NCBI GenBank assembly: GCA_030704615.1
Contig: CM060731.1
Coordinates: 84,444,001 to 84,508,000 of the forward strand
Origin: Takakia lepidozioides
Taxonomy: Eukaryota; Plantae; Bryophyta
Length of the DNA stretch: 64,000 bases
Reading direction: 5' to 3'
Position 1 is the first letter of the stretch. Each line of letters opens with the position of its first letter. The translations under genes and the position numbers were made by a program. A model generated the notes under the pieces. It ran no database searches. It saw only the letters and a list, made by a program, of their open reading frames with translations, and was not told where the DNA came from. Shown piece by piece: positions 24,201 to 37,494 of this stretch.

Positions 24201-26499
24201 CCCGGGGGGGCACCCTTTCGAGCCGGTGGAAATGAAGAGGCCGAAAGTGGATCCCGATACAGTAGTCCAGTGTGTAAATGAGAGTTTCTTGGCGGCTTTG
24301 GATGGACGGGCAGCCAAGTTGGCATACATGAAGACCATGGAGGGTCTGAAGGGCAGAGCACTGAAGAAGGCGGCTGCCAAAGAGCCTTCCGACACCCCTG
24401 GGTTTCTGAAGATGGTCTCATTCTTTGAGAGGGTCTGTGCAGACAAGGATTGCAGGAGGGGCGGAAATGCCACCGAGTGGTCTTGCGATATGATCATCTT
24501 GGATATTCCGGACGGAGAGCCTGTGGAAGGACTACAAGCTTTGCCATCTTGGAACAGGTACTCCGAGGACTTTTGGAAGAAAGGATTCGGGCTCGCCCGC
24601 ATGGTGTTGGACGACAGAGGCTGTGTGGTTGTCCTGGCGAGCAGAGGCAAAAAACACGCAGACAGGAATTGCGAAGTGGACCCACAGGAGCGCCGTCCCA
24701 ATTCTGAAGAAGAAGTGGACGTGCATCAACACATTGGGCCTTCGGAGCGAAGGGAAGAAGGTAATTACGACATTGACACTCGTCCTTTCATTTTCTTAGG
24801 AGTTTTGAAATGTGGTGCCGCATTCGATTTCTAATCGTTCCCCACTGTGTATGCAAACAAAGCAGTTCGATGCATACTGCTTTGTGAAGGAGAACTCCAC
24901 CTTTGCTTTTCGGAAGGAGGGATTGTTGGTTGACCCGAACTGCGACCCCATCGATTACGACGTCCTGTTCAACAATGTTCCCACGGAACTTCTCCCTCAT
25001 AGCCTCACTTCAATGGAACCCCTGCGGTATTCACGGACTCGGAGCCCTGCCTTCATTCAGACAATTATGGAGACATGCACTGACGTGGAGGGCACAGTGC
25101 TCGACCTCGTCTGTGGGACAAGTATGCAGAATCTTGTTGTATGTTGTTCTGCAAATTCTCGTTATGCTTTAATTTGCAACATCTGAAGGGCCATGTCATA
25201 ATGTGTGGATGGCATTGTAACAGGTGCCTCAATGTGGGCTGGGCGGTTTTCCAACCGGCACCTCTTTGCCTACGAGGAGGACACATCCATCTGGGGATCC
25301 CATCTGGAAGGGCTGCAACGGAATGTGAAGGCTCCCATCGAAGCCAAAGACTCCTTGGATTCGTCGGAGTCGGAGGAAGAGACAGTAGACATTGATGCCG
25401 AGAAGAACCCGGAATACGAGTGAGTGCAAAAATTGTAAGTTTGCAAAGCCTTCTGGGTGATTTTTTGTCAAATGCATTTCCGGACTGTGGTTCTCATTGG
25501 TCTCGTTGGTGATTGTTATGTGCAGGATTCCAGGATCCGGGTCGAAACATGTAGGGCCTACACTTCCTGCCAGGAAGAATGTGTCGCGGCCCTTTCCCTT
25601 GAGGGCAGGGGGTCGGGACACATGAGGGGCTGCCCCTGTGGTAGGGGTAGCGGCAGCGATAGGTATGGGGGGGGCTGAAGCACCCTTGAGTGCCCAAGGC
25701 ACTCAGGGAAGCGGAGGCGCTCACTAGGTGGAGCCCCGCACACCGGGTTGCGGTGGGGGTGGCTCCACAAGGTGTCGCGGCCCTTTGCCTTGAGGGCAGG
25801 GGGTCGGGACACATGAGGGGCTGCCCCTGTGGTGGGGCAGCGGCAGCGATAGGTATGGGGGGCTGAAGCACCCTTGAGTGCCCAAGGCACTCAGGGAAGC
25901 GGAGGCGCTCACTAGGTGGAGCCCCGCACACCCGGTTGCGGTGGGGGTGGCTCCACAAGGGGTGGTGGTAGCTTAGTGGGACTTAGTGGGGGTGGCATAG
26001 GACTCACCATGGGGGCGGAGACCTCATGGTGGGAGTCGTGGGGAGTCTTGGGACTCAGCACGGTCCATAGGGGCCGTGGTGAGCGGGCCAAGACTCACCG
26101 CGACTCACCACCGGGAATCGAGGGTCTTCGTGGTGGTTCGCCATAAAATGGCATGGCTGGTTGTGAAAACCCCCGCGGACAGCTACAGAAGTATATATAG
26201 GGAGTAGTAACCCCGAGAACGGTGCAAGCCCGTTGGTGACCAAAAACTAGTGAGTAAGCGAGCGAGCCGGAAAGCGACCAAAGAGTGGGGAGCTGTTCCG
26301 GACTGCCATCTACCAAAGGGAATTCCACTAGGCCAAATAGGTGGAGGGTCTTTCGGGAGAGCAAAGGGGGACCGTTATGTCCCGGTGAGCAGCCGAAGCT
26401 CCAAGTTGGCCCGGCGGCCGGTTGGGAGTCAGGTGCGCGCATCAAAGCGAGTAACTATGACTTGAGGAGGGAGCTTACCAAAGTGAGGTGCGCGACACT

Positions 26500-26511
26500 T
26501 GGTATCAGAGC
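26500..26511 (+). promoter_or_regulatory. Primer binding site, tRNA-iMet
   Basis: TGGTATCAGAGC just after the LTR end at 26497. Confidence 0.92.
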
Positions 26512-26552
26512 TTAGAGTTCAGTACGCGATCGTCCTTGGGATTGGCCTCATC

Positions 26553-27661
26553 ATGGGGTCGGGCAAGCCGAAGCGAAAGCGGAACGGCCCAAAAGATGAT
26601 GATCCCGGTGAGCCCGATGGGAGCGGCGTGTCACCGAGGCGGCCGTTTGAGGAAGCGATGCATGTTTCCGAAAACGAGGCTGCCCAAGAGCGGGAGGAAT
26701 CCGAGGAGTCGGAGCCCGAGGAATCCTTGAGAGCTCCGACAAACCAAGAGATGCCTCCCATGCCGGCAGCCTTTTGGGAAGGGTTGTTGGCGTAGTTTGG
26801 CGGGACGTTGAAAGACGTGTTGAAGGCGGCTAATGCCACTTCCGCTAAGGCTAAGTTTAAGGTGAAGCCTAAGGAACCCGGCACCTTCGAGGGCGTCCAA
26901 AATCGGAAGGCACTCAACACCTGGCTCTTGGAGCTAGAGCAGTACTTCCGGGCGGCCAAGTTGAGTGATGAGGATCGGGTGGAAGTGGCTCCCACCTATT
27001 TGAGGGGCTATGCTCAACAATGGTGGCAGAAACGCCTTCATGACCGAGGTCCAAGCCCGGAAACCTTGAACTGGAGTGGGTTCAAGGAATTGATGAAGAG
27101 ACAGTTTGTGCCCCTCAACGCGTCCTGGCTTGCCCGGGACAAGATGAAGAATTTGAAGCAAACAGATGACATTCGGGGTATGTCCAGGCTTTCAATGTGC
27201 TGTTGCTCGAAGTCGCGGACATGGCAGAACCAGAAATGGTCTTCAACTTTGTGGCGGGACTGGCCCCATGGGCCAGGCGGGAGTTGGAGGAGAAGCCACC
27301 CAAGACTTTGAACGAGGCTATTGAGAGGGCTGAATGTTTCTCAGATGTCCCTAGGGGTGAAAGACAAGGCCGTACGGAGCTGAACCACAAGAAGATTCGG
27401 CGGGAAGGTGACTCCTTCCGACCGGAAAAGAAGTGGGATAGGCCACGCGGCAAAAATGGCACGTGGAAATCAAAGGGAGGGCCTTCACACGTCAAGGCGG
27501 CACCCGGTGCTTCGAAAGGAAAAGCGGGTGGAGCGGCTTATGGCGGACAGAAGGCGACCTTTGATGGAGTGTGTTTCAATTGCGGGGAGCCCGGGCACAT
27601 GGCCAAGAAGTGCACGAAGCCCCGGCAATTGAACATGACTCGGGCGACCACGGAGCTGTAG
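26553..27661 (+). pseudogene. Chromovirus gag (stop and frameshift)
   Basis: KPKEPGTFEG...WLLELEQYF...YLRGYAQQWW; zinc knuckle CFNCGEPGHMAKKC. Confidence 0.9.
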
Positions 27662-27749
27662 GAAGATACCATCAGTCGCTTGGTGGAAGCGGTGGTCGCC
27701 AGGACTTGCAAGGTAGGCAACTGGCGCCTTACGAAAAGGGAGTCAGTTA

Positions 27750-29351
27750 TTGTTCGTGGATGGGATAATATCCGGAACTAATGTGTCGTTGTTGGTGGAC
27801 ACAAGAGCGTCGCACTCCTTCATGACACCGGCAACGACACAAAAGCTGGGACTCCCGACAAGTGACGTGGGGGCCTCTATTGAGGTGCGTTCTGCCAAAG
27901 GAGAACCTCAGTTGGCGACAAGGTTGGCGATTGATGTTCCTCTTCAACTGGGGAGTTGGGAGGGACGTGAGAACTTCACCATCTGCGAGATCGATGGAGT
28001 GGATCTCATTTGGGGATGACCTTTTTGAGCAAATCCGGAGCGGTCATAGATGGCCGCAAGAGAGTAGTCACACTGCCATGTGGGAATGGTGGCAAGGTTT
28101 TACGAGTGTCTGAAACGCCCAAATCCGTGGGAGGGCGAATAAACCTTCTGTCAGCAAAGGAGTGGGCCATGGAGGAGGCACACGAGCCCCAGTTTTTGCT
28201 TTACGTTAGAGAAGTGAAAGGAGAAGGCGATGGGGAGCCGAGCCCAGATTGGATCAAGGGGATTTTGGAGAAATACCAGGATGTGATGCCGGAGGATTTA
28301 CCAAGCGGCTTGCTACCGCAAAGAGGAGTTGACCACAAGATTGAGGTGATACCGGGATCGAACCGCCTGCCAAGGCGCCCTACCGGTTGAGCCACAGAGA
28401 GTTGGTCGAGCTGAAGACTCAGATCAAGGATCTAATGTCAAAGGGGTACATCCGGCCGAGTAAGTCACCTTACGGAGCCCCGGTGCTATTTGCAGACAAG
28501 AAGGATGGGATGCTGCGGATGTGTGTTGATTACAGGGCTCTGAATAAGGTGACTATCAAAAACCGGTACCCTTTGCCAAGGATTGACGACCTCTTCGATC
28601 GGTTGGCAGGAGCGAAGTATTTCAGCCGGATCGACTTGCGCTCCGGCTATCACCAAATTCGGGTGGCGGAAGGAGATGAGGAGAAGACCGCGTGCAAGAC
28701 AAGGTATGGTTCATATGAGTTCTTGGTGATGCCTTTTGGGCTCACCAATGCACCAGCGACATTTAGCACGCTGATGAACAGCCTTTTCCAGGAGTGGTTG
28801 GATGACTTTGTGATCGTGTACATCGACGACATCTTGGTGTACTCGAAAACAAAGGAGGAGCACCTGGAGCACCTCAAAAGGGTGTTCCAAAAATTGCGGG
28901 AAGGGAAGCTGTATGCCAAAGCTTCAAAGTGCGAATTCGGGGTCACAAAAGTGGAGTTCCTGGGGCATGTGATTACACAGGATGGGATCAAAATGGATGA
29001 CAGAAAGGTGAGGGTGATCTTGGACTAGGAGCCTCCGACTTCGGTCTCGGGAGTGCGATCCTTCCTAGGACTCGCCTCCTATTACCGGAAGTATGTGAGA
29101 AATTTCGCCAAGATCGCGGGGCCGCTGTCGGACCTCCTGTGTAAATCCAAAGTCTGGGTATGGAACACCTTTTGTGGCCAAGCTTTTGCTAAATTGAAGC
29201 AGCGGATGGCGGAAGCTCCAGTCTTGAAAATCCCGGAGTTCGATCGTCCATTTGAGATTCATACAGATGCGTCGGACTTCGCGATTGGGGGTGTACTTAT
29301 GCAAGATGGACGTCCAGTGGCTTACGAAAGTAAGAAACTGAATGAAGTGGA
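27750..29351 (+). pseudogene. Chromovirus pol: protease, RT, truncated RNase H
   Basis: LLVDTRASHSF; [40 protein letters not shown]; HTDASDFAIGGVL..AYESKKLNE, then deletion into the LTR. Confidence 0.93.
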
Positions 29352-31073
29352 CAGGGGGTCGGGACACATGAGGGGCTGCCCCTGTGGTGGGGGCAGCAGC
29401 AGCGATAGGTATGGGGGGGGGCTGAAGCACCCTTGAGTGCCCAAGGCACTCAGGGAAGCGGAGGCGCTCACTAGGTGGAGCCCCGCACACCGGGTTGCGG
29501 TGGGGGTGGCTCCACAAGGTGTCGCGGCCCTTTGCCTTGAGGGCAGGGGGTCGGGACACATGAGGGGCTGCCCCTGTGGTGGGGGCAGCGGCAGCGATAG
29601 GTATGGGGGGGCTGAAGCACCCTTGAGTGCCCAAGGCACTCAGGGAAGCGGAGGCGCTCACTAGGTGGAGCCCCGCACACCGGTTGCGGTGGGGGTGGCT
29701 CCACAAGGGGTGGTGGTAGCTTAGTGGGACTTAGTGGGGGTGGCATAGGACTCACCATGGGGGCGGAGACCTCGTGGTGGGAGTCGTGGGGAGTCTTGGG
29801 ACTCATCACGGTCCATAGGGGCCGTGGTGAGCGGGCCAAGACTCACCGCGACTCACCACCAGGAATCGAGGGTCTTCGTGGTGGTTCGCCATAAAATGGC
29901 ATGGCTGGTTGTGAAACCCCCGCGGACAGCTACAGAAGTATATATAGGGAGTAGTAACCCCGAGAACGGTGCAAGCCCGTTGGTGACCAAAAACTAGTGA
30001 GTAAGCGAGCGAGCCGGAAAGCGACCAAAGAGTGGGGAGCTGTTCCGGACTGCCATCTACCAAAGGGAATTCCACTAGGCCCAAATAGGTGGAGGGTCTT
30101 TCGGGAGAGCAAAGGGGGACCGTTATGTCCCGGTGAGCAGCCGAAGCTCCAAGTTGGCCCGGCGGCCGGTTGGGAGTCAGGCACGCGCATCAAAGCGAGT
30201 AACTATGACTTGAGGAGGGAGCTTACCGAAGTGAGGTGCGCGACAGAATGTCCCGTTCTTTGCGAGGGGCGACTTCATGACGAGCCCGGTGAAGGACTAC
30301 TCCCTTCCTAGTTATGGAGCTAAACTCGCAAATACAGCGATTAGACGATGTGAGAATCCCAGTAAAGTAGAGCAGATTTTGGAGAGGGCTAGGGAGGACA
30401 AAAGGATAAGGAAAGAGTTGGCAACAGCTGAGACAGGTAGACGGGTGCGAAAATTCATATGTGATTCAACGGATGAGAGCGATGCAGACAGGGAGGACGA
30501 CGAACCAACAGAGGTTAGATGGTCGGTTCCGCAAGGGGAAGATTTTTGAAAGCCTGGCCAACGAGCAGTCCGCTGGAGATGAGAAAGGCAATGATGGGGT
30601 GGAGGCGGAGCAGGATTATACGTGCAGATCACTCCGCTCTTCCAGTGTATGGAGACATTCGGCTGAGTTGCGAAGACGAATCGCACGGGCACATGAGGCC
30701 CACAGTGACCTTGTCAATGTATGATGGTGGTATCATTGATGGACATGACATTGTTGTCGGCTCCAGCAAGGGCAGCATAACGACCGAATTGCAGTTTACC
30801 TCGAGGTGCCGCAGCAGTAATGAGCTGTTTTGAGGGGGTTATCGAAGTTCCGTCGACTTGGTGAAGCCCATGTAGAAGGAGGAAGGGCTTAGTTTTGTCT
30901 GCAGTTGGTAAATGTGAGACATCGTGTCCGATCAATAAACCCATCGTACCTCACTTCTGTTTACAATTTGATGTCTCATTTCTACAATTTGTCTGTCCGC
31001 ATGAATATACCAGAGGAACCGGTATGAGAGTCTTGTGTCAAGAATATACCAGAGCAACGCCATGTCGGACATT

Positions 31074-31835
31074 GAAATGCGGCACCGCATTTCCATGTCG
31101 GACATTGGAATGCGGTGCGTATTTAATGCCGACATGGAAATGTATGAACCGCATTTCAGTGTCGGACAATGGAATGCGGTGCATCATTTCTGTCCAGGTA
31201 CACGAAATACCAACACGGGTCTATAAATTGGACAGACAACGAGGTGGCATTGCAAATGCGGCGACGCATTTCCAGCTTGGCAATGGAAACTTCTTTTTGG
31301 ACAAGGGAATGCGGTGCCGCATTTCCGTCCAACACTTCGAAAAGTGTGACATTTCCGACCAGCGCGGATGGAATGCGTTACCGCATTTCCGTGAGAGGGT
31401 CTGCAAATGGACAAATTGCGATGTCCGTTCTGGAAATGCGGCGCCGCATTTCCATGTCCGTCAAGACTTTTTTTGACAATGGAATGCGGTGCCAATTTTT
31501 GCTGATGGGCCTGCAGTTCGAACAACGACCATCCCAATATGGAAATGCGGCACCGCATTTCCAATTCCGCCATCTCGACCTCCTTGTTCGACCTCCTTGT
31601 TCGACCTCTTCAAGCGTGGTGGCATCCATGCAATGAGCGGAGAGGCCAAAACTGGCGTGTGGACAAAGGAAATTTGGAAATGCGGCACCGCATTTCCAAT
31701 CGGCCGATTACTTTTACTATGCCAACATTGAAATGGAAAATTTAGTCCCTCCCCTGTTTTGGAAATGCGGTGCCGCATTTCCAAAAGAGGTTTTTAGAGT
31801 TGCCAAAATTTTGGAAATGCGGTGCCCCATTCTGA
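31074..31835. repeat. Subterminal cluster of the same GAAATGCGG-YR-CCGCATTTC palindrome
   Basis: About 12-13 copies with irregular spacers downstream of copy A, ending near a possible element terminus (...GAATTTCC at 31917). Confidence 0.88.
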
Positions 31836-32069
31836 TTTTGGGGAGCGTCGTGGTTTGGGCGATTGTGTGGCTGGAATGCACACTGGAGAGGGGTCACGAA
31901 TGTCGGGGAGAATTTCCTTTATATACTCTGGAAGAGAATTTACATTTACAGAGACTTCATTAAAATTCTAATAATCTTGAAAATCATCCGAATCCTCATC
32001 CTGTTCTAGACTGTCCTGCTCCGCCTCCACCCCCTCATTGCCTTTCTCATCTCCAGCGGACTGCTCGTT

Positions 32070-35000
32070 GGCCAGGCTTTCGAAAATCCCATCTTCCCTT
32101 GCGGAACTGTCCATCTCACCTCCGTTGTTGGGTCGTCTTCCTCCCTGTCTGCGTCGCTCTCATCCGCTGAATCACATATGTACTTTCGTACCCGTCTACC
32201 TGTCTGAGCTGCCAACTCTTTCCTTATCGTTCTGTCCTCCCTAGCCCTCTCCAAAATCTGCTCTACTTTAATGGGATTCTCACTTTCTAATCGCTGTATT
32301 TGCGAGTTTAGCTGCATAACTAGGAAGGAGTAGTCCCTCACCGGGCTCGTCATGAAGTCGGCCCTCGCAAAGAACGGGACATTCTTCCTGGCAGGAAGTG
32401 TAGGCCTACATGTTTCGACCCGGACCCTGCAATCCTGCACATGACAATCATCAACGAGACTAATGAGAACCACAGTCCGGAAATTCGTTTGACAAAAATG
32501 ACCCAGAAGGCTTTGCAAACTTACAATGTTTGCACTCACTCGTATTCCGGGTTCTCCTCCGCATCAATGTCCACTGTGTCTTCCTCGGACTTCGACGAAT
32601 CCGAGGAGACTTCCGCTCTGTTGGGAGCCTTAACATTCCGTTGCAGCCCTTCCAGATGGGATCCCCACACGGATGAATCCTCCTCGTAGGCAAAGAGGTG
32701 CCGGTCGGAAAACCGCCCAGCCCACATTGAGGCACCTGTTACAATGCCATCCACACATTACAACATGGCGCTTCAGATGTTGCGAACTACATCCTAACGA
32801 GAATTTGCAGAATTAGCATAGATCAAGATTCTGCATACCTGTCCCACAGATGAGGTCCAGCACTGTGCCCTCCACGTCTGTGCATGTCTCCATAATTGTC
32901 TGAATGAAGGCAGGGCTCCGAGTCCGTGAGTACCGCAGGGGTTCCGTTGAAGTGAGGCTATGAGGGAGAAGTTCCTTGGGAACGTTGTTGAACAGAACGT
33001 CGTAATCGAGGGGTCGCAGTTCGGGTCAACCTTTCCTCCCTCCTTCCGGAAAGCAAAGGTGGAGTTCTCCTTCACAAAGCAGTATGCATCGAACTGCTTC
33101 GTCTGCATACACAGGGGGAACGATTAGAAACCGAATGCGGCACCGCATTTGAAAACACCCAAGCAAATGAATGGACGAGTGCCAGTGTCGTAATCACCTT
33201 CTTCCCTTCCGACCGAAGGCCCAGTGTGTTGATGCACGTCCACTTCTTTTTCAGAATCGGGACGGCGCTCTTGCGGGTCCACTTCGCAATTCCTGTCTGA
33301 GTGTTTTTTCCTCTGCTCGCCAGGACAACCACACAGCCTCTGTCGTCCAACACCATGCGGGCAAGCCCGAATCCTTTCTTCCAAAAGTCCTCCGAGTACC
33401 TGTTCCAAGATGGCAAAGCTTGCAGTCCTTCCACAGGCTCTCCGTCCGAATACTCCCAGATGATCATATGCAAGACACTCGTGGCAATTTCCGCTCCCCT
33501 CCTACAACCCTTGTCTGCACCACCCTCTCAAAGAACGAGACCATATTCTGAAATCCGGGGTGTCGGAAGGCTATTCGCAGTCGCTTCTTCAGTGCTCTCC
33601 CTTCAGACCCCCATGGTCTTCATGTATGCCAACTTGGCTGCCCGTCCATCCAAAGCCGCCAAGAACTCTCATTTACACACTGGACTACTGTTTCGGGAGC
33701 CACTTTCGGGCCTCTTCATTTCCACCGGCTCGAAAGGGTGCCCCCCTGGGGGTTGAAGAGTGCCTTCTTTGCCGAGCCAGTTCTCGTGCCTCTGGTGACA
33801 ACGGTGGGCACAGGGGAGGCAGCCTGCGTTGGGGGGGTGGGCTGGTTGCAAAGTCTCCATCGGAGTCCTCTTCCTCACCCTCTTCTTGAACAGGCTGTTT
33901 CTGCTTCTTCGTTTTGGCGGGTTCACAACATCTGGCTCCTTGCTGGCGAGTCCTCTTCTCGACCCTTCTGTTGGGCCTGCAAGCCTGCATCCACCGTCTT
34001 TGTGCCATCTCAGCTGCCTTCTGGATTCTTCCAGGCAGCAGATTCCTTTGCCGACTTTGGCCCAGCAGGGACAACGTCTTTCTTTCTCTTCTCTTCTGCC
34101 AAGGCGTGCAGATCTTTCTCAAGACTCGTCAACAATACCGCCAGACATTCCAGGTACCAGGGCATCCAACGAGATGCGCGGGATGCCATTGTTTCTGCAT
34201 CTCGGGTGTGTAGACACAGCTTGGGGGCCGCCACGGTCCAAGCCATGAAGAACGGGGGCTCTTGAGCCAGGGCCCCTGTCTGAAGGAGCACGTATTCATA
34301 TACCTGCAAGGCAGTCAGCATGCGTGAGCATAAGATTGGACGAACCTACTGCAGAGTGCCACCACGAAACATAAAATGCGAATGCGGTGCCGCATTTCCG
34401 AGACAAACTCGTAACCAGGCTTCGCATACAAGGGCAGCTGTGCTTCACCTGTACAATTCGCATTGCAGCTTCCCCGCTCCTCCTGATGTGTAAACTCCAC
34501 TCCACGCTCTTCTTGCTGTCTGTAGCTCTCTGGCGAAAAGGTTGTCCTTGTACGCACATCTGAAACGTGTCACGTAGTCTTCCAATGTCTGTGTTCCATC
34601 CCATTGACGTACAAGCCGAACGAATTTTGTGTGCATTACGACTTGCTCCTTCGCATTCGAATTACCTGCGATTCCCCAATGCATTGTCACGTAGCAGTTC
34701 AGGGAATTCATTTCAGAAAAGCAAATCTGGGGAAGTACCTTGAATTACCCTGAACCACCAAGTCATGCGGTTGAGCCACACATCCACTGCAGGGTCGGAA
34801 ACTTCAAGTGGAAAAGACCACATTGTCCTTATGCTCTCGGATGCATTCCAGATCGACAGCCACCGTGTCTGCCATTTCCGATCCAATGTCAGGAGCTGGA
34901 GAGAGTGGCTATTGCTAGGAAGGAACTTCAGTGCATTGAAACCTCACCTTCCTCTTTCGCCTCAACACATGCCGTTGAGAGGTGATGCAGTTTCTCCAAT

Positions 35001-37061
35001 TGCATGGTCGGCTGCATGGCCCGAGAATAGTGTTTTGCAATCTCGGGGATGAAGTCCTTTCCAAGTGCCGGATCTGCAATTGCCACAGCTTCACAAGCTT
35101 TGACTTGTATTTGGTTCTGGACTTGACACCGGCTTCCTTCAAGTGCTCAGTCAATGACTGCAACGTTTTGACCTGCCCTCACTTTCCATGAAGAAGCGTT
35201 TGGCATGGGCCAAATCCAGCTTGATGTTTGACTGCCAACAAAAACATGCAGAAGCGTTACATTCGATTCATGTGGAAAGATTACTGGAAATTGGGGAAGG
35301 ATGAGCAGAGGGAAATTGGAGGACGACTTACTTCGTATATCCTCCTCCACCATTCCATCCATAGTGAGACGATACCATGTCCGGTCTTTTTTGCACGGCT
35401 TTCTGAATGAGCTCGGGCTCCAGCATTTCCGCAAACATCTGCGGATCAGTGAGACCAGTTTTCCTCACCTGTACAGCATATGTGCCATGTGGGTATGCAC
35501 GTACGCATTTTCAGTGACCCTGCAAGGCACACTCTCCAGTTCAGTACACGAAAGCACGGAAACAAACCAGAATGGAAACCGAAATGCGGCACCGCATTTC
35601 GAACGTGCTAGGGAGGGTATGAGTATCTTACGAGTTGAGGTCCGCCATGGCATTCTTGAGCAGGAGGAGTCTGCCGCCTTCACCTGAGGATGACACACTC
35701 CACCATGTAATGCCAGCCAATGTGCTTGGCATGGTTCTGCTTGATGTACTCCCACCAGGCGAGAAGTCGGTGATTCCCGTCCCACACAAAGACAATTTTA
35801 CCCGACATATGGCCGAAGTCTGGATCACCCTTCAGCGTCGCCTCGAATTCGTGTTGCGAGTGTGCCAGTGGGTATCCCACGTTGACAATTCATCGGCAGT
35901 GGGTCCACGAGTTTCGCCGTCCTCATTCTCAATGGAAACGTAAAACGCTGCCGATCCCAGACGGTACCCTTCTCGAAATGCGAACTTGAGCTTATCCACA
36001 TCTCCGGGAAGGGCCTGCCTGACGATGGGAAGGGAGACCATGCGACAGAGTGGGATTCGAAGAGTCCGCTGGAATACCCTGCTGCCCAGAACTCTGCCAT
36101 GCTACTGTGTGTCTCCTCCAACATTTTATCCGCTGCACTTTTGAAATCCTCCGGAGACATGTCTGTAGGTGCCGGTAGTGGCTGAGCAGCTGGAGCATCC
36201 TCAACTGGAGCTGCACTCTGGGGCCTGTCTGCGGGCAATTCTGCCATTGCAGAGGCCTCCTCCGGGCCTGCTTGCTCATCGGTGGTGAGGTCTTGCTGCG
36301 AACGTTGAGCGGCAGCACCCTCCTCCGGTACCAAATCGACAACGGTCGATCCCATTGCCTTCGCTGCAGCAGAGTCGGCCCCAACATCTGCAGGCGGGAA
36401 ATCCTCCAGGAACTGAGCTTCAGCTCGTGGAAGCGGTTTTGCGGGAGATTGTTCGGCCGTCGCCCTGATTGCCTTCTGCTTCCTCATCCTTGCAGGTGAA
36501 GGTGTCTGCTGCAATTGAATCTGTCTTTTACCCTGCTGCTTCATTCGCGTTGGGGGGGGTGAATCGGCCTGAGCCGGTTCAGAAACCAGTAGAGGGACGG
36601 GCTGCTTCTTCTTCGACTTTGCTGGAGAAGGGCCCGACCCCTGCTGGCGATTCTCCATGACCGAAGAACGCGAGTCGATCTCTGGGGCTTTGAACTTGCC
36701 CTTCGAAGCCGCGTCTTTGAAACGCACAGGGCTAGGCCCGGCAGGAATACCCGCGCTCGGGGATCGGGTGGGTGTACGTGCTGCAGCTAGCTCCTCGGAC
36801 TCTTCCTGCGGCTCTTCGGATTCCTGCGATCCCTCCAGCACGTCCACCTTTCCTGTTAGGCATGCAAACATGTTCTGCATTCAAGTCTCCTAGCATTCAG
36901 TCTAAGAATTACAGAAGCAAAATGGGGGGTTCGGTGCTCGATCAGCTGCGCGCAGCCCGATCGCATGGAGCTCTCACTGGTGGCTGGGTTGCCTGAGTGG
37001 CCTGCTGCTCGGAGATGGCAATCTCCTCCTGTAGACGCATCTGCTTCCTCCCCTTCGGCAT
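32070..37061 (-). pseudogene. ParB/Srx-like plus beta-class DNA methyltransferase-like fusion gene (copy B, no TE insertions, many small indels)
   Basis: Inverted near-identical copy of 20445-30549; putative ATG at 37061 (MPKGRKQMRLQEE); DGNHR at 35767-35781; VLDL.CGT/GASMWAGRFSDRHLFAYEED at about 32680-32870. Confidence 0.78.
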
Positions 37062-37494
37062 TGGCCTACGTCCGAAGTATAATTTCGGAGCTTGCGACGA
37101 GGTCTCCTGTCTGGTGCACGAACTCCCCCCCTCTCAGGTTCGAGCATAAGAAGAACAGAGACAGGGAAAAGGGGCAAAGAGTGCAGATGGAAAGGGCGCG
37201 AGAGGGGTGACTGAGGAGACACGACAAAAGTAGATGAAACGGCGGTGATGCACCACTTGGGTTCGAAAGGGTTGGACGAAAGTGTCTCCTCGTGGACTTT
37301 GCGTCATTACGAAATTCGAATCGTTCAGGGTACGCCTGCCGTCCGAAAAACAAACATCATTATCCAACGGTCAGGCCGCGCCGCCTCATGCCACTTCAGT
37401 CAGATAGAGTGCAGACATGTGCGCAATTCCGTTGCTCCACGTGTTCACATTTCAAGGCATTTCCGTCCCAGCGTCTGATGAGTTGGAGTGAAAA

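Larger units (their letters stand above)
25582..30245 (+). mobile_element. Galadriel-like chromovirus, internally deleted, 5-bp TSD GAATG
   Basis: 5' LTR 25582-26497; GAATG at 25577-25581 and 30246-30250; empty site in copy B at about 32370-32395; 3' LTR about 29352-30245 joined directly to mid-RNase H. Confidence 0.95.
20445..30549 (+). pseudogene. ParB/Srx-like plus beta-class N6A/N4C DNA methyltransferase-like fusion gene (copy A), spliced, disrupted by two insertions
   Basis: RIPLCRMVSLPIVRQAL..DVDKLKFAFREGY...FFVWDGNHRLLAW (DGNHR at 22365-22379); DMIILDIPDG (24502-24513), ARMVLDDRGCVVV, RSPAFIQTIMETCTDVEGTVLDLVCGT/xASMWAGRFSNRHLFAYEED; GT-AG introns such as 22516-22627. Gene ends are approximate. 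Confidence 0.75.

Noticed and set aside
31860-31920. Terminal inverted repeat of the large MULE
   Set aside because: It looks like a terminus (ends GAATTTCC after the subterminal motifs), but no inverted partner or TSD is visible in the window.
20445-37061. Bacterial or phage contamination as the source of the ParB-MTase
   Set aside because: The gene has GT-AG introns and is interrupted by plant LTR elements, one with a TSD.
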